From the IMG/VR virus record IMGVR_UViG_3300050821_003315: a stretch of 64,000 nucleotides of DNA. One strand, 5' to 3'. The position numbers were made by a program, and so were the translations under genes. A model generated the notes under the pieces. The model was not told where the DNA came from and searched no databases. It saw nothing but the letters and a program-made list of their open reading frames with translations. Each line of letters begins with the position of its first letter. Position 1 is the stretch's first letter. The DNA is from a virus. Of the stretch, positions 30,487 through 41,941 are shown piece by piece.

Positions 30487-31007
30487 ATATGTTCCTAGCT
30501 CGTAAAGACGAAGATGAGGACCTGAAGGAAATGCGTATTCTCGCCATGCGACTAGCATTCCTGGCACTTAAGTTCGCTTATAAGCGCTATACCAAGAAGA
30601 AGGTCAAGCGCAAGGCTAGTGCGTGGAGGCCCACTGCCGACCCTAGGGTTTAGATGTCATACAGTCACGGGGAGCAGCTCAAAGACGAGTTGACTTCCCT
30701 TCATGAATTGCGTGACTGTATCAACCAGCTAAACAAATGGGCGCGTCTTAATCCTGGCCTGGAGCCGCTGTACAAGCGGTTTTACCGTTGCATTGGTGAG
30801 ATTGAACGCGAATACGTTAAGCGGGGAAACAATGCCAAACATACCGACGAAGGTCAGGTTTCGTGAACTGTATTCCTCTTACTGGAGTACTACACCAAAT
30901 CACGTTTACGAATTCGTAAGGGCAAGCCGCTCAGGTCTGAGCTGGTGGATTATGTTCCATGACCAGGAGACTTGCGTTCCTGATTCATGCCTGGAGGCGG
31001 TTAAGTA

Positions 31008-31241
31008 GTGGTGCCTCACCTTATAGCTCGGGACGTGACTGGGGCTGTTATCCGGCGAGGTGATATTCTTCTAGACCCTGATGGACGCTCTTGGCTCTTT
31101 AAGGGAGCTACTAGGCTGGCTACCCCCGATTTGGCGGGAAAAGTGCTTGTTGGCTTTCCTTCACATCCAAACAATTTCGGGCGTGAATTTGACGAGAGCG
31201 TATTCCAGCTTAAGGTCACTACCGATAGTGAGGAAGAGTAA
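31008..31241 (+). CDS. Hypothetical protein, paralogue of 8371..8598
   Basis: Shared motif pattern. Confidence 0.7.
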   Translation: MVPHLIARDVTGAVIRRGDILLDPDGRSWLFKGATRLATPDLAGKVLVGFPSHPNNFGREFDESVFQLKVTTDSEEE

Positions 31242-33144
31242 TGGCACGCACGTTCAGCATTATCCTTGGCATTTCCGGTGACGGCTATAGCGGTTACAAC
31301 GTGAGCATGAATGGCAAGGAATTCGCTTACCGCGCTTACGATGGCTCTATGCTGTATGACGTTGAGGAAGAAGTTGCGGCGGCACTTGGCCGGTTGCTGC
31401 TGAAGGAACTAAAGACAGGCGGCCACCGTGAGCACTGGTCTGCTGAGGCCCCAAACCCGGAGTGGTAGATGCACATCGGAAACTTTGACTATGCGGTAAC
31501 TCTCCTTACTCGAAAATTTAATCGAGATGTTGCGGTAATCGCAGTCGGTCAGGCAATGATGACAGGCGTAGCTGTTCTTAAGGACACGGAGATTATCTTC
31601 GATAAGGACCAGCTTTCTTTCGGAATCGAGTGGGGTAATGGAGAAGACGGCGTTCAATCAGCACTTGCTAACGAAAGTCGAATCCGTACTTGAGCAGCAC
31701 GAGTGGTTCGTTCTTATGGACTCCGATACGAAAGCTCTTGTGGTGCACAAGGCGTTGCAAGCTATGTTCGCAGACATGGACAAGCAAAAGGCTAGCGGTA
31801 ACATCCCGCGCATTCACATCCGGCACTGGGTAGAGGAGTGGGCGCGATGAGCACGGTTATAGATGAGAAGCTGAAAGACTTTTCAGAAGATTCTATCTAC
31901 TACTTCCAGAATCGTATTGACAGCATAGTTAAAGACGAAGACTGGTACCGCAAGTTTGACCTGAACACGCGGAGCCGCTTTCACCGTAAGGTACTCGCTG
32001 CCTGGTACCACCAGTCGCACTGTGATGGCAGTTACGGGCTGAAGCCGTTGGATGCGTTCGTGCGAGACTGGGCGCGGGAATAAGCAGAGCACGGCACTTG
32101 TTGACAAGGGTTAAGGGACGAGGACTACAGATGGGGTCAGTGATGGGCAAGCTAAAGGAACTAGCGGCTTTGAGCGAACTAGGACGAGAGCACGGTTACA
32201 CCCACTACGAGTGCACCTACAGCTCCCTGACGGATTCTCACGATGTCGTAGGCGTTACCCCCGAAGGTGACAAGCGACTTGTTATCCGCCTGGAGGATGA
32301 GTCACGGGCCAAGGCTGTGGTGAACCTGCTTAACAGTGATATTGGCTGGGACGAGACCCGCGAGGAAATCTAGTGAGTGACGAAGAGCTGGATGCTGTGT
32401 TGCAGCGGGTGAATGAGGATAGCGCTTTCTGTGGCACACAGGAAAGTTTCCTTATTCATCTTCTCCGCATGGAGGATTAAATGCCTGAGTACATTCACCA
32501 GCGAGCGCAAACAGAACGCGATAAAGAGCAGGTAATGCGCAGGCTAGAGCTAGCGTGGAAAAGGCAGCCCACTATGCGCTTGGGTCAGCTACTGGTAAAT
32601 GCACTAGGACCCGACCCTATGCCGGACCTCTTTAACACAGAGGACTTCGCGCTAGTTGATAAGGTCGAAAAATTCGTGAATAGGAATACGAGTGCCTAAT
32701 CACAAGGTAGATAAGTGGGCGCACGATAAGTGGACATTCTCTAATAAGGAGTTCGTTAAGCGACTGGGAATGCCGCCCGGAACGCCTTTCTTTAACGTGG
32801 AATTTCGCTCCTACGAACAAAAGATAATCGTTCACGTGAACGTGAAAACACAAAAGAACAAGGATGCCTGGGGCCGCGAGGTAGACCACGTATCTCACGA
32901 GACGTGGGAATTCGATAAGCGTGAGGCACTGCAACTACTGGGTTTGCCTGTAAACGCGCCTGTGTTCTTCATAGGTAAGAACCACTATGACGGAAGTGTA
33001 GAAATTACCGCCAGTCATCGTGATTACCCAGAGCCACCTAAGCCAGAACCTGAACCGGAAGGGGAAGAGCCATCAGCAAGCGAGCAGCCAAATTCGTCAT
33101 GGTGGACCTCAATCACTTCCCGCTTTCGCAGTCGGCACCAGTAA
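31241..33144 (+). CDS. Run of small hypothetical genes (31241-31468, 31469-31693, 31638-31850, ~31847-32083, ~32131-32373, 32481-32699, 32692-33144)
   Basis: Coupled track ORFs; 32481-32699 has the W...P..RLGQLL.N motif common in phage proteins. Confidence 0.6.
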
Positions 33145-33303
33145 CTTGCGGTAATCGCAGCGACCTGCCCAAGAAAGAACGGCGTCATGCATGGGCGTCA
33201 ATGGGCAAGGATGTGCGTAATGCGGGCAGTGCGGGGTTCAAGGAATACCTGATTGGCGCATGCGTTACGTGTGGTCGTGACGAGAAGTTTGACCTGGAGG
33301 TGA

Positions 33304-35073
33304 ATGATGCCGAGACGACGCCCTGACGATAGCGAAGAACAACGGCGGGATACACAATCGCTAGAAGCACTAGCTGCGCTTACGGCTATTCGCGAACGTA
33401 TTCAAAACAGCGGAGGATATCCGCAAGACTACGGCTTCGCTGATGATAACGGCCACATCCACGCGCTAACTCCAGAGCAGTTGGAACTACGTGATTACCT
33501 AAACGGTGATAGTTCTCACCGTTCCCCTACAGGTCGTAATCAGTCTGAGCCTATAGGTGGTATCCAATGGGCAACTCCTACACCCTATCGCGGTTACGCT
33601 AGCGGTGGCCGAATCCGTACAAGCAGGAACAGCGGCAATGATGCGATACCCGCAACCATAGGCCGCACTGAGCCTTACACCGTCAACGCATACAACAGTA
33701 ACACTAGCGGTCTGAACCGCTTGTCGTGGAACATTAACTACTATCCGGAAGGAAATGAGATGCCCCGTCTTGCTATCCAGCAGCCTCTTGTCGAGCGGCT
33801 TAAGACTGAGCTTGAGGAGCGCAAGCGCGAAGTGCGTGCGCAGGTTGACAGCTCCATCACGCAGATGGAGCGCGCTCTTAGCTCTCTCCGGGAAGCCGTT
33901 GGTTACCTCAACGAAGAGGATATTAGCGTAACGTACATGGAAGAGTGTAAGTACATTGTCCGGAGTGCGCGAGAGAATCTGTCTCGCGCTTCCCGCGCAA
34001 TCAACCCTGCACCTGCTATCTTCACGAACATGGTTCGGCAATCTCGTAACTTGGTGGCTGAGACAGACCGTATCAGGAACGAGCGCGCGGAAGCCCAGGC
34101 TGAAGAGCGGGCACTTCAGTTCGCTGAAGCTCTTGCTGCCACAACGGATTACGTGCCGTCTGAGGGCGACTACGTGATGATTCCGCAATTCGCAGCGGGT
34201 CCGTGCCGCATTATGCAGGTTACGCCTAGCGTGGGCACTCCTAGCAGCCTAGACCATGCTAGCTTTGCGTTCACTGACTCCCAGGGTGGAATGGCCTATA
34301 CGCGTAGTCTTTCGTGGATGCGCTCTAACGGGCTTGTTCGTGCCACTGAGGAGCAACTGCAAATGCTACCGCAGTTCTACATCCCGAGTGCTGGTGATGT
34401 TATCGAGTTGCCTAACGGCCTTTCAGGTAACGACCCTACCGACATCACCGTTTTCACGGTGGACCACGTTACGCAGGACACTACGGTCTTCGATGACGAT
34501 GGTCGGCCGAACCCCAACGTCCGCCTTACGACGGCTGCTAACCCCGATGGTGCTTACACGCGTCGCGTGGCCCGCTTGCGAGCGCTAGGCATGCGACGGA
34601 CTGACAGGGAAGATGTTGCCCCGGCTAACGTTCCTGACACCGACCTACAGGTGGGAGACAATTTCAGGTGTAACCGCGCTACAACTCACATCGACAGCAG
34701 CATGAGTGCCAATACGGTTTTTGAGGTGGTCGGTACTTCTGACCAATTGGTAGGGCGCGGTGTCCGCTTTCGCGTTCTAGGCGGCAACTACGTATTCGAG
34801 CGCACTATGCCTGAACTACGGGAGGCAGGACTAGTTGGCGTCATTCCCGGAGCGAATTCCAGTTGGGTGCCCGTAGTCGGAGATGTCATCCGTTTCAACG
34901 GTTCTATGCGCTATCACGTGACGGGAGTGGAATTCGGTGACCGGGTTACCAACCCCATTGTTAGCTTCTACGCTGAGAACGACCGTCGAGTTGAGCGAAA
35001 CGATGGTGAACCCTACACCTACCGTTACCCCATGAGCGAGCTGCGCACGCTCGGGTTGCGTCCGGGTAACTAA
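33304..35073 (+). CDS. Coiled-coil protein with four YxPxxGD beta-rich repeat domains
   Basis: YVPSEGD, YIPSAGD, LQVGD and WVPVVGD modules each end in (M/L)RxxG(L/M); possible internal start at 33760. Confidence 0.8.
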   Translation: MMPRRRPDDSEEQRRDTQSLEALAALTAIRERIQNSGGYPQDYGFADDNGHIHALTPEQLELRDYLNGDSSHRSPTGRNQSEPIGGIQWATPTPYRGYASGGRIRTSRNSGNDAIPATIGRTEPYTVNAYNSNTSGLNRLSWNINYYPEGNEMPRLAIQQPLVERLKTELEERKREVRAQVDSSITQMERALSSLREAVGYLNEEDISVTYMEECKYIVRSARENLSRASRAINPAPAIFTNMVRQSRNLVAETDRIRNERAEAQAEERALQFAEALAATTDYVPSEGDYVMIPQFAAGPCRIMQVTPSVGTPSSLDHASFAFTDSQGGMAYTRSLSWMRSNGLVRATEEQLQMLPQFYIPSAGDVIELPNGLSGNDPTDITVFTVDHVTQDTTVFDDDGRPNPNVRLTTAANPDGAYTRRVARLRALGMRRTDREDVAPANVPDTDLQVGDNFRCNRATTHIDSSMSANTVFEVVGTSDQLVGRGVRFRVLGGNYVFERTMPELREAGLVGVIPGANSSWVPVVGDVIRFNGSMRYHVTGVEFGDRVTNPIVSFYAENDRRVERNDGEPYTYRYPMSELRTLGLRPGN

Positions 35074-35100
35074 GTAATCCGGTTCGTCTTTAAAGAAGGA

Positions 35101-35943
35101 GTGGTTATCATCCATACCGCATTCCGAGGCGTCTTTTCTTTCGGTCCTTTCTCTCTTCCCGTCCGTCTTGGCTCAGTGGTCCCGAGCAACAAGAACGGCG
35201 GCTTGCACATGATGCGGAAGTCTGATGGCTCTCGTATCGAGTACGTGCGCGTTGCCAAGGCTGACCGGGAGAGGGGGGAGCTTAACGAGGTTCGCTGGGA
35301 GGACATCGGGCGTGGCTTTGAGATTCCTGGCGGCAATGTCCTGCTCACTGATGCTGAGCTAGCGGAAGTCAAGGGGGACGAGAGGCACTGCGGGGAAATC
35401 GTCACCTTCGCCAAGGCGTCTGACATCCCTGCTCAGGCTATCGACAAGTCCTACCACGTCAAGCCCGGTGACGGGGGCGACAGGGGCTACGCGCTGCTTC
35501 ACGCGGCGCTGAAGCGTGCTGGGAAGGTCGGAGTGCTTCGCTTCGCGATGCGCGACAGCGTTCACCTTGCCATCCTGTCGCCAGACGATGAGGGCTACCT
35601 GGTGTTGTCCCAGCTTCATTGGGGCAATGACATGACGCGGCCTGATTTTGAGGCTCCCAGCGCCACGTTCTCGGACAAGGACAACTCGCTGGCTGACCAG
35701 CTTATCGAGACTCTGTCTGATGACGAGTTCGATTTCTCGCAGCACAAGGACGAGAGCGCTGAGCGCCTTGAGAATATCGTCATGGCCAAGATTGCTAATG
35801 GCCCGACACATGTAACGGCTGATGAGGCTATCAGTGCGGATAAGGACGCTACCTCTTTCACGGACATGATGACTGCAATCCAGCAGACCATCGACGCAAG
35901 TAAGGCGGACAAGCCTAAGTCGCGTAGGAAGAGTGTCGCCTAA
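35101..35943 (+). CDS. ku: Ku-like DNA end-binding protein
   Basis: G..SFG...LPV.L, EV.W.DI.RGFE, DKSY.V.P, RGYALL..AL, G..RFAMR, F D.S.HKD motifs. Confidence 0.9.
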   Translation: MVIIHTAFRGVFSFGPFSLPVRLGSVVPSNKNGGLHMMRKSDGSRIEYVRVAKADRERGELNEVRWEDIGRGFEIPGGNVLLTDAELAEVKGDERHCGEIVTFAKASDIPAQAIDKSYHVKPGDGGDRGYALLHAALKRAGKVGVLRFAMRDSVHLAILSPDDEGYLVLSQLHWGNDMTRPDFEAPSATFSDKDNSLADQLIETLSDDEFDFSQHKDESAERLENIVMAKIANGPTHVTADEAISADKDATSFTDMMTAIQQTIDASKADKPKSRRKSVA

Positions 35944-37055
35944 ATGGTTCTGGAAGATTCCTTTCACGTGGAAGAGCGTCGTCCGGCTGAGCGTCATAGC
36001 TGGACGCCTGTAGGGTACTCCAAGCGCTCTGCCACTGATGTGGAACTAGCTGAGATGGTCGCCACCGTAAACCGGTGGCGGCTGTCCGCTGGCCCTAAGG
36101 GCTGGGAATTCCGGGTCGTGCGCACGACTAAGACAGTTACGGAGATTTAATGACTGAGTTCTGGATACGGGAATGGGGTGGCCCATGCAATGACTTGTCT
36201 GCCATCCCACTCGAAAAGCTGAAGGACTACGAAGGTAAGCGCGTACGCGTTGCCCTTGTTTACGCGGGTATCCTTGAACGCGCAGACTACGGTAACGAGT
36301 TCGTCATCCGAGATGGCTGCACTCGTTACCTCAGGCGTTCCCACATCGAATACATACAGGAGCAGTAATGACACCCCCGCACTCAGTAATCATTTCCGGT
36401 GGCGCGTTCAAGCCCGGTGACAGTCGCGAGGAAGACGGTTACATGTGGCTCGCAGGGCCTAACGGTGAATGGACTGTTTATGAGCGTCTTCAGGATAACG
36501 GCGTTCGTCAGGTCCTGGACAGTTACGGCAATGCCAAGCGCTACCGCGTTACGGGTCTCATGCTGGAGGAAGTTCCGCTGTGAACGAGCGATATCGAATG
36601 ATGCGCGAAACAGTCGAGACTGTAGACTATACAGACATCGTAACTACGTCGTTGCTTAACCTGGCACGAGGATTGGACGACGAAGCTACTCGCCTGCTAA
36701 TAGGCAAGCTCATTACGCACTATCTGACTCGTTCTGACGCTATAGACGACTACTACGACAAGTTGTACGCCTTGGAAGACTGTGAGGCGCTATTGTTCAC
36801 CTGGCGCAAGGAAGTGCTGGGGCAGCTGAAAGCGCACCGTAAGGCAGGTGGTGACTAGTGACCTATGCCGCAATGCACGAATACCTAAAGGCGCTTCTGG
36901 AAGTTCCGGAAGGTGTTGTGCACGAAATGCTAGAACTTCTGGAGACCTGGCAACCACTCGACGCTATCGATTTCACAGCTAAGAGCGGTGCTTACACACT
37001 ACGGTGTCCCGGTGGTCAATTCGAGCTTCGCAAGGACGGCGAAAGGGTTATCTGA
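35944..37055 (+). CDS. Run of small hypothetical genes (35944-36150, 36150-36368, 36368-36583, 36580-36858, 36858-37055)
   Basis: Translationally coupled track ORFs. Confidence 0.6.
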
Positions 37056-37813
37056 TGACTACGGGCATGAAGGGTTTCAGCGAAGACGGAGACTGGGATT
37101 TCGCAGCCGGAAGTGTCTACGGTTTTCGTTCATGGACGATGGAAGTCAGTAATCCCGGCCCGGAGCTGTCAGAGGTTAGTTTCAGGGTTACGGGACATTG
37201 GGGAGGACACTGGTCTTCTGCCGTGCAGGAAGCTTCATGCAGATACGCCATGACGCAGAACTGGATTGAAAATCCGGATGCCCGTCTTTGTAACAGTCCT
37301 CACGAATCGGTTCCTAGCGAAAACTGCGGGTGTGGATTCTGGGCGTACTGGGAAGCACACGAGCCACTCGGATGTATCTATCCGCATCGACAGTTGAGCG
37401 CGGAATATCACAAGATTGAAGCTGCACCGTACGATACCGCCCAATATACAGGGGTAGACGACGTAAATTGGATTCGAGACCTCAATGAGGCGTGGTACAA
37501 GTGTCCTATTGCAGGTTTGGATGTGCCCCTAAAGGGCATTATCGAGGGATTCGGACGCACCATTATTGGTGAAAGAGGATTCCGCTGCCAGAAAGCAGTA
37601 ATCAAGAATCTCGCAATTCCTGAACCTATTATAGGAGGCGGGTTCATAGCAAGTAAGCAAACCCAAGTTAGAGCGGAGATTGAAGAACTAATAGGCGTTA
37701 GCGTTATTGACCTAGTTAGTTACGGCCTAACGCAAGCAGGAATTGACGTACCGCTCGAAAGCTCAATCAATAACCTGGCAGCGGCTTATGCGAGCTATAG
37801 GAGTACTAAATGA
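37055..37813 (+). CDS. G(Y/F)RxW / CGCGxWAxW / IGExGFR family protein, copy 1
   Basis: Motifs shared with 38893 and 41942. Confidence 0.8.
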   Translation: MTTGMKGFSEDGDWDFAAGSVYGFRSWTMEVSNPGPELSEVSFRVTGHWGGHWSSAVQEASCRYAMTQNWIENPDARLCNSPHESVPSENCGCGFWAYWEAHEPLGCIYPHRQLSAEYHKIEAAPYDTAQYTGVDDVNWIRDLNEAWYKCPIAGLDVPLKGIIEGFGRTIIGERGFRCQKAVIKNLAIPEPIIGGGFIASKQTQVRAEIEELIGVSVIDLVSYGLTQAGIDVPLESSINNLAAAYASYRSTK

Positions 37814-38072
37814 ACATCGACCTAATAGCCAAGGTGATTGTCCGTGATGCTCTGCGAGAAATGGGCGTTACCGGAAGTGCTCAGGTGGCTCCCGTAGCAG
37901 AGCAGATTGTTACTGCCTTGCGTGAGGCTGGCTTGCTGGTTCCTGAGCCTAAGCCTCCTACGGCCTTTGGGCACCCTCCCGGCGCTAGAGGGCTAGCGGA
38001 CGAGGAACCGTGGGTGGACGTGGATACCGGCGGAAAAAGGCTGTCACCAGGGCCGCCTGTACCAGGGCGGTA

Positions 38073-38098
38073 GGAATACTCTTGGCAAGTTCGTTGTT
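38073..38098 (+). promoter_or_regulatory. SigR/SigH-type ECF promoter
   Basis: GGAAT-N18-GTT overlapping the upstream stop codon. Confidence 0.7.
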
Positions 38099-38298
38099 AG
38101 TGCACCGGGAGGTGACACCATGAACAGGATTAAGATAGACAAGGGTTCGTTCTACCTGAGCATCAACAGCGACTACTACGTGTTCCTACTGTCTTTCTTC
38201 AACAGGTTCGACATCTCTCTCATGCACAGTAAGAAGCGCAGGGAACAAATCAGTAAAGCGCGACGAGAAGCGCGTGACGCATTTAAGGGGACAAAGTC

Positions 38299-38727
38299 AT
38301 GAACCGTAAGATTGTCATCGGCGGCGTTGTGGCGGCGGGCATCGTGGGTATCTCGCTCACTGCATGTGGCCCTGCTCACAACAGCTCCGGTGCTACGCAC
38401 AAGGTCAAGCTAGAAAACGTGGGCGTTGCTGGCGGGGCAGTGCCCGCCGCTGACTGTGCTGTCAGCCTGACCGCCAAGGGCATTACCGCTTACCTGGACT
38501 TCCACGGTACCGTAGACGGCCTTACGGCTAGTTCCCAGTGCCACGAGCTTACCAAGGTCGCCACGCACCAGAAGCACGTCACGGTTACGCAGGTGACCGA
38601 TATCCCGGCGTCCTACAAGTCGGTGTGCTCGGCTACGTCCACCAAGGGCTACACCGTCACGGTGTACTCCAAGAACGCGCTGAGTGACGCTGCTGGCAAG
38701 CAGTTCTGCAAGGCATTCGCTAAGTAG
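38299..38727 (+). CDS. Lipoprotein
   Basis: Signal peptide with LTAC lipobox. Confidence 0.75.
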   Translation: MNRKIVIGGVVAAGIVGISLTACGPAHNSSGATHKVKLENVGVAGGAVPAADCAVSLTAKGITAYLDFHGTVDGLTASSQCHELTKVATHQKHVTVTQVTDIPASYKSVCSATSTKGYTVTVYSKNALSDAAGKQFCKAFAK

Positions 38728-38892
38728 GAGCCATAAAGTGCCGGAGAAGCAATCTGAACTAGAAATTGAACTGCTAAAGTGCCTAAAGGAAGAAGCCGCT
38801 GACCTCAGGGCAACAGTGCGAATGCTTGCAAAGAAGCTGGCGATAACGGCTAAGAAAGTCGAAGAGCTAGAAGCGCTTCAAGAGGGGGAGTA

Positions 38893-39672
38893 ATGCCGCT
38901 AGAGGGCTTTACAGAAAAGCGGGAACCCGATGGCTGGGACCTGGGGCTAGGTAAGGTCATCGGCTACCGCTCTTGGAATTTCCGGCGGCATAACAACACG
39001 TGCCGGATTATGAACAATGCTATGGACGCATACGATAGGTTCGACGCATACAGTTACAGTTCTGAGGAGCTGCTTAAACGGCTCGGTTACCACTCGTCTT
39101 GGTATTCTGGTGGTGCGTGCCGTTGTTCTCATGGACTGTTCGGTAAGTGGGGGCAGCAATGGCCCACTAAGGTCATGGAAGCTAAGTGCTCACGCGATGA
39201 ATCAGTGGGGTGGCCTTTTATCGGTGGCTGGCCCTCTAGAGTTTCCGCAGTTATTAACTGCCCGCGAGTACTGGACAAGCCGGATGAGTGCGGGTGTGGC
39301 ATCTGGGCCTACTGGGACCTGCCAGCAGACGCTGATTTCGCCATGGATAGAAGCGGTAGTGCTGTTTACTGGCCAGTGGCGGGGCGTATTGAGGGTAGCA
39401 GTCGCGTCGTAATTGGGGAAAAGGGCTTCCGGTGCGAAAAGGCCACACTAACCCACCTGTTCGTAGTGCATAACACCCCCAAGGACGTTACTGACGACTT
39501 GGAGAAGACATTCGGGATTCCGGTCTTCAGGGGTGGCAAGAATACGCCTTTCACCAATCCGGTTCACGATTCAATCAAGCAAAACACCGAAGCTGACCCT
39601 GTTTACGGGCCTACTTGGCATCCCAATGACCCGATGTGGCGAAAGACGATACGAGTTATCACGGGGTTCTAA
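38893..39672 (+). CDS. G(Y/F)RxW / CGCGxWAxW / IGExGFR family protein, copy 2
   Basis: Shared motifs. Confidence 0.8.
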   Translation: MPLEGFTEKREPDGWDLGLGKVIGYRSWNFRRHNNTCRIMNNAMDAYDRFDAYSYSSEELLKRLGYHSSWYSGGACRCSHGLFGKWGQQWPTKVMEAKCSRDESVGWPFIGGWPSRVSAVINCPRVLDKPDECGCGIWAYWDLPADADFAMDRSGSAVYWPVAGRIEGSSRVVIGEKGFRCEKATLTHLFVVHNTPKDVTDDLEKTFGIPVFRGGKNTPFTNPVHDSIKQNTEADPVYGPTWHPNDPMWRKTIRVITGF

Positions 39673-41003
39673 TGACAGCAGCAATAGAAGAAGTCGTAAT
39701 TGAGGGCATCGACCTAGATAACGTCCCTCCGTGTGCGTTGCCGTCGATTATCAGGCGAGATTGCGGACACCCCAGCGCATACCATATCCGCCCTAAGTGC
39801 GCAGACTGTGGCTGGCTTACCGCTAAATTCGTTTGCGAGGGCTGCCACCAGAAGCTGCTAGACGGCAAGGTTTGGTGTCCGCACCACGGTGCCGTTAAGG
39901 GCCTGCTAATAACCTGGGAGTACCTGTAATGACAGAGCGTGTTGCACTAGAGACCCTAGTCCGCTACCACGGTAGCATCGACTACGCGCACGGTGAGTAT
40001 CGCGTTGCAGGTTACTGTGACCCTCACCAGCGATACGACCTTACTGAGTGTACGGTACAAGAGCACTGGCCCGATGGCGTTGCTTACGAGCTATGGCCGG
40101 ATGGCATGGAGCGTAAATTCGGGTTGCGGGAAAACGCACTGTTTTACGTGCGCCGTAGCTCTTTCACAGTGCTGGAGACCTCATGAGTGACGAACGTCAG
40201 GATGTCGTAGACCGCGAAGCCGTGGGTATCGCCTTGATGGTGGCCAATGACGACGATAGTGCCGTCCGGGACAAGCTAGCCACCTTTATCCGGGAGCCTG
40301 ACCGCGTTACGGAGATGCTTCTGGGGTCTATGACTATCAGCGGCGTGCTTATGCAGATAGTGGCTCGGCTACTGGAAATCTCTAATGATGAAGTGGCCGG
40401 AATGTTGCTGGAAGTCATGTGATTACGAAACCGTGGGCCTGCGCAATTCTAATAGTAAGCCTGTACGCCATCATGGTCACTATGGTGGTTATCACACATA
40501 GCCCCTGGTTCATATTTCTCGCGATACCGATGGCGCGACTGATTGTAGAAGCCAGGCGTCCGTAATCTGTTCACTTGTTGACTAATAGGGTTTTAGGGGA
40601 GGATTGCTCGATGCTCGCAGCTAACGGCTGGCAACACACCCAATCAAGAGTCAGCGCCCCGCCATGGGCACCCTACAAGCGCATCCGTGTGGATAGCGGC
40701 ATGGTTAAGCTGCTTAAAGCACTGTGGAAGCAGGGAGTAGTTACCCGGTTCTCTTGTGAGTGCTGGAACGAGTGGAGCTGTGAGTACAACCCTTACGGGC
40801 ACTTCACTGAAGACGGTAAGGTTCAAGTGGTTTTCACAGGCGAAAACGATAAGGAAAACAGGGACTACGGCGTCCACGCTCTGCGTGAGCTTCTAGGCGT
40901 TGAAGAGCTTTATCCGGTAGGGTGGTGCTTTCATGAGAACTACCTAGAGGATTTGTTTGTCTACTTCCCGAGAGACTTGCTAGTCAAGTTTAATGACAAC
41001 TAG
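39672..41003 (+). CDS. Hypothetical genes (39672-39929 Cys-rich, 39929-40186, 40183-40422, ~40611-41003)
   Basis: Coupled track ORFs; the last has a VD..M..L...LW..G..T.FSCE motif. Confidence 0.6.
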
Positions 41004-41361
41004 TTGCCTAATCGCTTTTTAGGAGGGGAATGCTGACATGAAGAATGTTACGGCTAAGTTCATCAGCGTGATGTGCTCGGGATTTACGACGGACCCGGAC
41101 AACAGTGAGATTGGGCTCGGCACGCTAGAAGCACTGATGAGCCAGCTTCCACCGTACGTATTCGGACAGGTTTATCCGGATGATATGACTGATGTTAAGG
41201 ACCTGTAATGGACGCGTACATCAAGCAGTTCCTAGAGCAAGCAAAGAATCGTTATGAAAGAAAGCTAGCCGATTCCCGATTCGATGAAGTGGCTGAGGCT
41301 TACAACTTCGGTGCTATAGACGCTATTGAAGAAATGCTCGAATACGTCCTTCATAACTACG

Positions 41362-41387
41362 GGAATACTTCCGACTGACAAGTTGTT
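41362..41387 (+). promoter_or_regulatory. SigR/SigH-type ECF promoter
   Basis: GGAAT-N18-GTT about 30 nt upstream of 41418. Confidence 0.65.
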
Positions 41388-41417
41388 GGCATCGGTCGAG
41401 ACTACGAGAGGACCACT

Positions 41418-41933
41418 GTGGGACGCTCCCTAGACGTGACGGTAGTGTATGGCTACGACCTTGGCGGGTCGGAAGCCGGCTGGAAGTTCAACAAGGCTGG
41501 TAAGTACGAGACAGCGTGGCCGTCCTGGGTGAAGCTGAACGAAGACGGTTACCCCGACGATTCTGAGGACGAGGGTTTTGCTGAGCAAGCAGGTGACTAT
41601 CTTCTACGAGAGATGGCAGGATTCACAGAAGAGTATCGGGCGTCGTCCGCTAGTGACTACTTCGCACGCAAGAAAGCGGCCGAGCAGGCCGCTGGCATTG
41701 ACAAGCTGGTTTTCGATAGCCGGGGCGCATCATATGATTATGACCAGTGGGCCTTTGGCATAAAGCTAGGGTCAGGTTACGACATCCTGGAAATTAATCG
41801 TAACTGGTTCGACCCCGCTACCTTGAACTCTTACGACGCGATTCTTAATCGCGCTGTCACGCTCATGCAACTGGAATTCGACCCTGCTGAGCAGCCAGGG
41901 CCTAGAGTGCTGGCACTCGTTTCATTCTTCTAG
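41418..41933 (+). CDS. Hypothetical protein
   Basis: GAGG RBS; 171 aa. Confidence 0.75.
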   Translation: MGRSLDVTVVYGYDLGGSEAGWKFNKAGKYETAWPSWVKLNEDGYPDDSEDEGFAEQAGDYLLREMAGFTEEYRASSASDYFARKKAAEQAAGIDKLVFDSRGASYDYDQWAFGIKLGSGYDILEINRNWFDPATLNSYDAILNRAVTLMQLEFDPAEQPGPRVLALVSFF

Positions 41934-41941
41934 GGGGAATT

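Noticed and set aside
26798-40605. TGTTGAC motifs at 26798, 32099 and 40576 as a promoter class
   Set aside because: The -35 boxes are plausible, but no -10 element appears at a consistent spacing.
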